Shown here: positions 59,137-64,000 of the stretch, in pieces
Layout of the letters: every line of letters starts with the position of its first letter
How positions within the stretch are numbered: position 1 is the first letter of the stretch
DNA from: an uncultured Bdellovibrio sp.
GTDB taxonomy: Bacteria; Bdellovibrionota; Bdellovibrionia; Bdellovibrionales; Bdellovibrionaceae
Length of the DNA stretch: 64,000 bases
Direction of reading: 5' to 3'
Assembly (NCBI GenBank): GCA_963932905.1
Contig: CAWVRN010000022.1
Coordinates: 1-64,000, forward strand
Notes under the pieces: generated by a model
What the model was told of the DNA's origin: nothing
Databases searched by the model: none
Seen by the model: the letters and a program-made list of their open reading frames with translations, nothing else
Position numbers and translations under genes: made by a program

Positions 59137-59997
59137 TTATGTGTTTGGAAGTGGGATAAATTCAGTTTCGCCCGGAACTTGTGGAAATGACCGATCGGCC
59201 CAAGCACGTTTTGCAATTTCAATTTTTTCTTTTGAACTGGAAACCAAATTCCACCACATATAACGAGGGGTAGTAAATGGTTCGCCGCCGACGACAATGA
59301 AGTGGGTGCCTTTATCGACTGTTATATAAAGTTCAGAATCTTTTTCGTAGGCGAGCATTTGAAATTTTGCAATTTCATGAGTCGGTGTATGTGCTGAACC
59401 ATCAATAATGTAAATAGCTAATTCGAATCCAGGAATTTTCAAATTAAAATCAAAATTATTTTTTGCGACGACGTCAGCAAAAATGGTTGGCGAGGTCGTT
59501 TTTACGGGTGATTGTAAGCCAAATCCAGAACCGACTACCAAAGATAATTTGTAATCACTAGTTTCCAGAGTCGGTATTTGATTTTTAGTGTAGTGCTGAA
59601 AATCAGGCTCGCAATCCTCTAAATCATCTGGAAGCGCAATCCAAAACTGCAAACCATGCAGCCGGCGTGCCTTTCCTTTTTCGCTGGCGTGTGCGCGTTC
59701 TGAATGGGAAATGCCTTTACCTGACGTCATCCAATTTACAGCGCCTGGGGTGATCTCGGCAGTGGTGCCTAAACTATCGTGATGAACAATGCGTCCTTCA
59801 TATAAATACGTTAGTGTAGATAGACCAATATGTGGATGCGGGCGCACATCAGTGTTCTGATCGGGTGCTGTTGTAAGGGGACCCATGTGATCTAAAAAAG
59901 TAAATGGGCCAACCATGCGTTTTGTTCGATCGGGTAAAATGCGATGGATAGTAAGTCCACCACCTAGATCGTGTACTTTGCCATTTAGATGTATCAT
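59137..59997 (-). CDS. Pirin family protein
   Basis: GPF.FLDH, HPH.G, MT.G.GI.HSE. Confidence 0.95.
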   Translation of the reverse strand: MIHLNGKVHDLGGGLTIHRILPDRTKRMVGPFTFLDHMGPLTTAPDQNTDVRPHPHIGLSTLTYLYEGRIVHHDSLGTTAEITPGAVNWMTSGKGISHSERAHASEKGKARRLHGLQFWIALPDDLEDCEPDFQHYTKNQIPTLETSDYKLSLVVGSGFGLQSPVKTTSPTIFADVVAKNNFDFNLKIPGFELAIYIIDGSAHTPTHEIAKFQMLAYEKDSELYITVDKGTHFIVVGGEPFTTPRYMWWNLVSSSKEKIEIAKRAWADRSFPQVPGETEFIPLPNT

Positions 59998-60137
59998 GCG
60001 ATCAATCCTTCCCCGAATAAACTCACTGGAATTATTCTTGATTGAGGATGGAGAAAAGTAAATTAAAATTTATATCGGGCGTTTGAATCGTACTTCAAAA
60101 CCGTCCGGTGTTGACACCATCGTGGTGAAGCGATTGA

Positions 60138-60396
60138 GAACTGGCTCCTTAGCTTGCGGCTAAGAAGCTAAATTCTATTGGAAAGACAGTTGTTTAGTTG
60201 AAATTTAAAAGCGCTGTCTTGAAACAGTTTTTCAAAAGAAAAATTATTATCCGAATTACCTCGTAATACATTCGAGTTTCGATCCCTCAAAAAAAGCGAG
60301 CATGTTGGATCTTTCTGGATTTTAGATACCGCTTTTTAAATTCACTTGATTTGGCGATATTTTACTGGCCTTAGCCGCAGGCTAAGGGACCAGTTC
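60138..60396. repeat. ~260-bp segment flanked by 27-bp inverted repeats (REP pair or MITE-like)
   Basis: GAACTGGCTCCTTAGCTTGCGGCTAAG (60138-60164) vs reverse complement of 60370-60396, 24/27. Confidence 0.6.
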
Positions 60397-60975
60397 ATAT
60401 TTAATAATTCTAAACGTTAAATTGATGCGGGGGTTGATGGGATAGGTTAGCTTAGGAAGGCTGTGGTACCAATGTTGTTGAGTTGATCCCCGCATTATCA
60501 AACCGCTACCGTCATTTAATGGAATCGATTTTTTTAACTTGGGTTCGGCCGCGTGGCGAAAATAAAAGGTGCGAATGGCGCCGAAACTGACGGACGCAAT
60601 CACGGGATCTTTACCCAATTCTGATTCATTATCGCGATGCCAACCCATACTGTCTTTCTCATTTCTGTATTGATTTAGTAGTACGCTATTGAAAGTAATA
60701 TCGGCAAATGATTCTACTCGAGTTTTAATTTCTTTCAAGGTCGAGGTCCACGGCAGAGGCTGCATTTTGATTCCTGAATAACGAATGATTTTGCCCTCAT
60801 CGCCGTACCAGGCTGTCAATCGAGGTTGCATAATTTGTTTGCCGAATAACATGATGGGTTCGTGGCGCCATTTGATTTCATCTTGCAATAATTTAAAAAA
60901 TCGCTGGCTTTCCACCGGCGAAAACAAATCAGGTTTGTAAAAAACTTCGCCATCCTTGGGCAAAATATTGATCAC
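60382..60975 (-). CDS. alkB: AlkB-family 2OG-Fe(II) dioxygenase
   Basis: PRLTAWYG, WHRD, H.LPK, RINLTFR. Confidence 0.93.
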   Translation of the reverse strand: MINILPKDGEVFYKPDLFSPVESQRFFKLLQDEIKWRHEPIMLFGKQIMQPRLTAWYGDEGKIIRYSGIKMQPLPWTSTLKEIKTRVESFADITFNSVLLNQYRNEKDSMGWHRDNESELGKDPVIASVSFGAIRTFYFRHAAEPKLKKSIPLNDGSGLIMRGSTQQHWYHSLPKLTYPINPRINLTFRIIKYELVP

Positions 60976-61454
60976 AGAGTTCCCGTTTGTTCTAGACGTA
61001 AAAGTTTTTCCTTAATAGATAAACCGCCGGCATAGCCTCCAAGAGTGCCATCAGCAGCAATGACTCGGTGACAGGGAACGATCAAGCTCAGAGGATTGCG
61101 ACCGTTAGCAGTACCTACCGCGCGTACGGCCTTGTCGTTTTTGATTTTCTTAGCGATATCGCGGTAAGAAAAAGTTGTGCCATAAGGAATCTTACTAAGT
61201 TCAGCCCAAACCTGCTTTTGAAAATTAGTTCCTTCAACGCTCAGAGGTAGTTCAAAAGTTTTCCGTTTGCCGTCTAAATATTGTTCCAGCTGTCGCTGCG
61301 TTTCTTCCAAAATTTCGACAGCACGTCCTTGATGTTTTGAATTTCTATATGGAAATTTTGATTCTTTCCAAAAGACACCCTGCAAGCCGTTGTCCGAGGC
61401 CACCAAATAAATAGGACCGATTTTAGAATTCATTTTAATTTGGATCGCTGACAT
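60972..61454 (-). CDS. ogt: Methylated-DNA-protein-cysteine methyltransferase
   Basis: GT.FQ..VW, RAVG.A, PCHRV. Confidence 0.96.
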   Translation of the reverse strand: MSAIQIKMNSKIGPIYLVASDNGLQGVFWKESKFPYRNSKHQGRAVEILEETQRQLEQYLDGKRKTFELPLSVEGTNFQKQVWAELSKIPYGTTFSYRDIAKKIKNDKAVRAVGTANGRNPLSLIVPCHRVIAADGTLGGYAGGLSIKEKLLRLEQTGTL

Positions 61455-62898
61455 GCGAGGCTCCTTTCTTCTTGTTCTTAACTAAGCTATGAGAATATGT
61501 TCGCCAAAACAGGGCGGCCACATAGCCGCGCCATGGACGCATCTGTTGAATTATTTCTTTCGGATGCAGATCTAAAGCACGCGCCAATATCAAATCGGTT
61601 TCTGGGAATGTATCTGTGTGACGTAATACTTTAAGTGTCATGTAGTTGGCGGTCCAAGGGCCAATACCCTTAATCGACATAACTTGGTTTAAGAATTCGT
61701 CTACGTCTTGTGTCGCTTCTAAAGAAATCGTTTTGTTAGTCACTGCTTTAGCAAATTCAACCAAAGTTTGCTTTCGAACGCGCGTTGTTTTTAATTTTTG
61801 TAAATCAGCGGACGCTAGCTCTTTGGGTGTAGGAAATAGTTTTATATTTTTCCCATTTACGATGTAGCCCGATTCCTTGCCGGCAATTTCAATCAAATCA
61901 CGCACTAGCTTTTGTCCTTGTTCTACACTGACAAGTTGGCCAAGAATCGATCCCACGGCTGTTTCGAATGGATCCCATCCTGACGGCAGTCGTATACCCG
62001 GATATTTCAAAAGCAATTTTTTAATTTGTGAATTGGTTTCCAACTGATTCGCTATCACAACTGGGTCAGAATTTAAGTCAAACAAATGGCGAACTTTGGA
62101 AATAATCGCGTGAATCATCGAAGTATCAGGAAAATCAATATTTACTATCAATTGTGAATTTGGTTCGTCATTGGCGATACTTATTTTTCCCGTTTTACCA
62201 TTCATCGAAATCAATCGGTGCATTTTATAATCGTCAAACCATTCTAGTTCACCGACGCAATGACGTTTGTAATTAGCCAGCAATCCGTCAAAATCAAACG
62301 GTGGGCGGTAAGGAATCGTCACGCGTAGACCATCATCATCCGATATTTTATTTCGACGAATGAGTCGCGGTGATTTTTTAAATCGTTCTTTAAAAGCATC
62401 GTTAAATCGTCGGATAGAGCTGAACCCCGCGGCGAATGCGACCTGAGTTATTGGTAGCGAAGTTTCAGTTAATAATTTTCGTGCTAAGTTTAATCTGTTT
62501 TCAAAAGAAATTTGCTTCGGGGTTTTGCCTATCTCGTCTTGGAATAATCGACGCAAGTGCCGCGCTGATACGCCAAATAGCGATGCAAACTTGTCTTCAT
62601 CGAAATCCAAAGACTCTTGAGCGTTTAAAACTTTGATGGCGCGTTGAATGACTGCTGATTTGCCAATCCAAGCTGGTGATTGCGGCGCACTTTCGGGGCG
62701 GCAGCGTAGGCAGGGACGATAGCCTGCTTTTTCAGCTTCAAAGTGTGTTGAGTAAAACTCAACATTTTCTTTTTTAGGTTTGGCAGGACATATCGGTCGA
62801 CAATAGATGCCGGTGGTTTTGACTCCGACAAAAAACTTTCCATCAAAGCGATGGTCACGTGTTAATAGGGCTTGGTAGTAAACATCCCGCTGTTTCAT
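61435..62898 (-). CDS. alkA: Ada (Zn-binding, AraC HTH)-AlkA glycosylase fusion
   Basis: TTGIYCRP.C, PC.RCRP, AraC HTH, HhH GIGPWTA, PWR.Y. Confidence 0.93.
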   Translation of the reverse strand: MKQRDVYYQALLTRDHRFDGKFFVGVKTTGIYCRPICPAKPKKENVEFYSTHFEAEKAGYRPCLRCRPESAPQSPAWIGKSAVIQRAIKVLNAQESLDFDEDKFASLFGVSARHLRRLFQDEIGKTPKQISFENRLNLARKLLTETSLPITQVAFAAGFSSIRRFNDAFKERFKKSPRLIRRNKISDDDGLRVTIPYRPPFDFDGLLANYKRHCVGELEWFDDYKMHRLISMNGKTGKISIANDEPNSQLIVNIDFPDTSMIHAIISKVRHLFDLNSDPVVIANQLETNSQIKKLLLKYPGIRLPSGWDPFETAVGSILGQLVSVEQGQKLVRDLIEIAGKESGYIVNGKNIKLFPTPKELASADLQKLKTTRVRKQTLVEFAKAVTNKTISLEATQDVDEFLNQVMSIKGIGPWTANYMTLKVLRHTDTFPETDLILARALDLHPKEIIQQMRPWRGYVAALFWRTYSHSLVKNKKKGASHVSDPN

Positions 62899-63041
62899 GA
62901 GGCCAATATAGCGGAAAATGGAATAAAATACTGGCTGTTTTCGGACATTATCGTTCGCGTTAAGAATCGGATGGGTTCTAAATTTGTAGTTCCCAGGCTT
63001 TCAACCATTAGCTAGGATATAAACGTAGCTGAGGAGTATTT

Positions 63042-63743
63042 ATGAACGGTGATACTGTTTTTCACCAATTATTTGAAGCGGAATCGTCGACCTACACTTA
63101 TCTGATCGCGGATAAGAAAACATCGGAAGCTGCGCTTATTGATCCTGTTCTAGAAACTGTGGATCGTGATTTAAAATTAGTCGCAGAGTTAGGCGTCAAA
63201 TTGAAATACGTGCTAGATACACATATCCATGCCGATCATATTACAGGTGCCGGTGAAATCAGAAAACGATTAGGAGTCCAAACAGGCGTCAGTGAAGACG
63301 CCGAAGTGGAATGCGTTGATATCCCCCTACATGATGGCCAAGAGCTGATGTTAGGTCATAAGAAAATTAGAGTTATCGCAACGCCCGGGCATACCAACAC
63401 CTGCTTGAGTTTTAGTTTTGAAAATATGATTTTTACTGGGGACGCTTTGTTAATACGTGGTTGTGGTCGTACCGATTTTCAACAAGGCAGTTCCGATAAA
63501 TTGTTTAATAGCGTTCGCAATATTTTGTTCAAACTTCCGGAAGATACCATTGTTTGCCCGGGCCATGATTACAAAGGCCTGACATCATCAACGATCGGTG
63601 CCGAGAAAAAATACAATTCACGTTTGAATTTATCGATTGATTTAGACGCGTTCAAAAAAATTATGTCGGAATTAAACTTAGCGAATCCAAAGAAAATTCA
63701 TGAAGCTGTGCCGGCTAACATGGCCTGCGGAAAGAAAAGTTAG
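63042..63743 (+). CDS. Persulfide dioxygenase (ETHE1-like MBL hydrolase)
   Basis: THIHADHITG, TPGHT, GRTDFQ, PGHDY. Confidence 0.93.
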   Translation: MNGDTVFHQLFEAESSTYTYLIADKKTSEAALIDPVLETVDRDLKLVAELGVKLKYVLDTHIHADHITGAGEIRKRLGVQTGVSEDAEVECVDIPLHDGQELMLGHKKIRVIATPGHTNTCLSFSFENMIFTGDALLIRGCGRTDFQQGSSDKLFNSVRNILFKLPEDTIVCPGHDYKGLTSSTIGAEKKYNSRLNLSIDLDAFKKIMSELNLANPKKIHEAVPANMACGKKS

Positions 63744-63934
63744 TATGAATTCTGAAAGGTTAAATACACCGTTAGGTTGCGTTCATTGGCTAGTCGTGAT
63801 CTTCAGCCTTTGATTTTTGTTGGGGCATTTTGCGACCATCTTTCTTTGGTGTGTTTTCTGTTCTGTCCTTGTTCGGCTCCGTTATTGCTTTAACTCCATT
63901 GTGGTATTTGTTTAATTTTTTAATGGAGGTCGTC

Positions 63935-64000
63935 ATGCAATTGACTCAAGATCAAAAACAAACTCTTCAAGGGGCCGCGCTGGTTATTGGGGCTAATTTG
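63935..64000 (+). CDS. Partial ORF running off the window
   Basis: GGAGG SD then MQLTQDQKQTLQGAALVIGANL. Confidence 0.5.
   Translation, partial: MQLTQDQKQTLQGAALVIGANL

Overview
Bacterial chromosomal window, most likely from a Bdellovibrionota (Bdellovibrio-like) organism; this taxonomy is inferred from gene content only. Positions ~83-34321 are a complete ~34.2 kb integrative conjugative element (ICE) inserted in the 3' end of a tRNA-Gln(UUG) gene. Both junctions are visible (9-bp direct repeat AATTGGATG), and joining them rebuilds a symmetric serine-integrase attP. That attP lies inside the large serine recombinase reading frame. Excision would fuse the 571-aa integrase in frame to a 182-aa HTH + recombinase-domain segment now stranded at the far left end, so integration appears to split the integrase. 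The ICE carries a compact VirB/VirD4 system with a Replic_Relax-like protein. Divergent from it is a sigma54 response regulator / secreted peptide / peptide-binding protein / minimal YcaO / histidine kinase operon that looks like a peptide-signalling circuit. Cargo includes a bufferin-like DUF2282/DUF692/DUF2063 cluster, nhaA, a Crp-regulated sulfur detoxification block and IS debris. The right half is host backbone: degP, moxR-bat operon, slt, mltD, a stand-alone c-di-GMP-I riboswitch, fadH, an ada/alkA-ogt-alkB cluster and a second persulfide dioxygenase. All family calls come from motif recognition by eye; no database searches were run.
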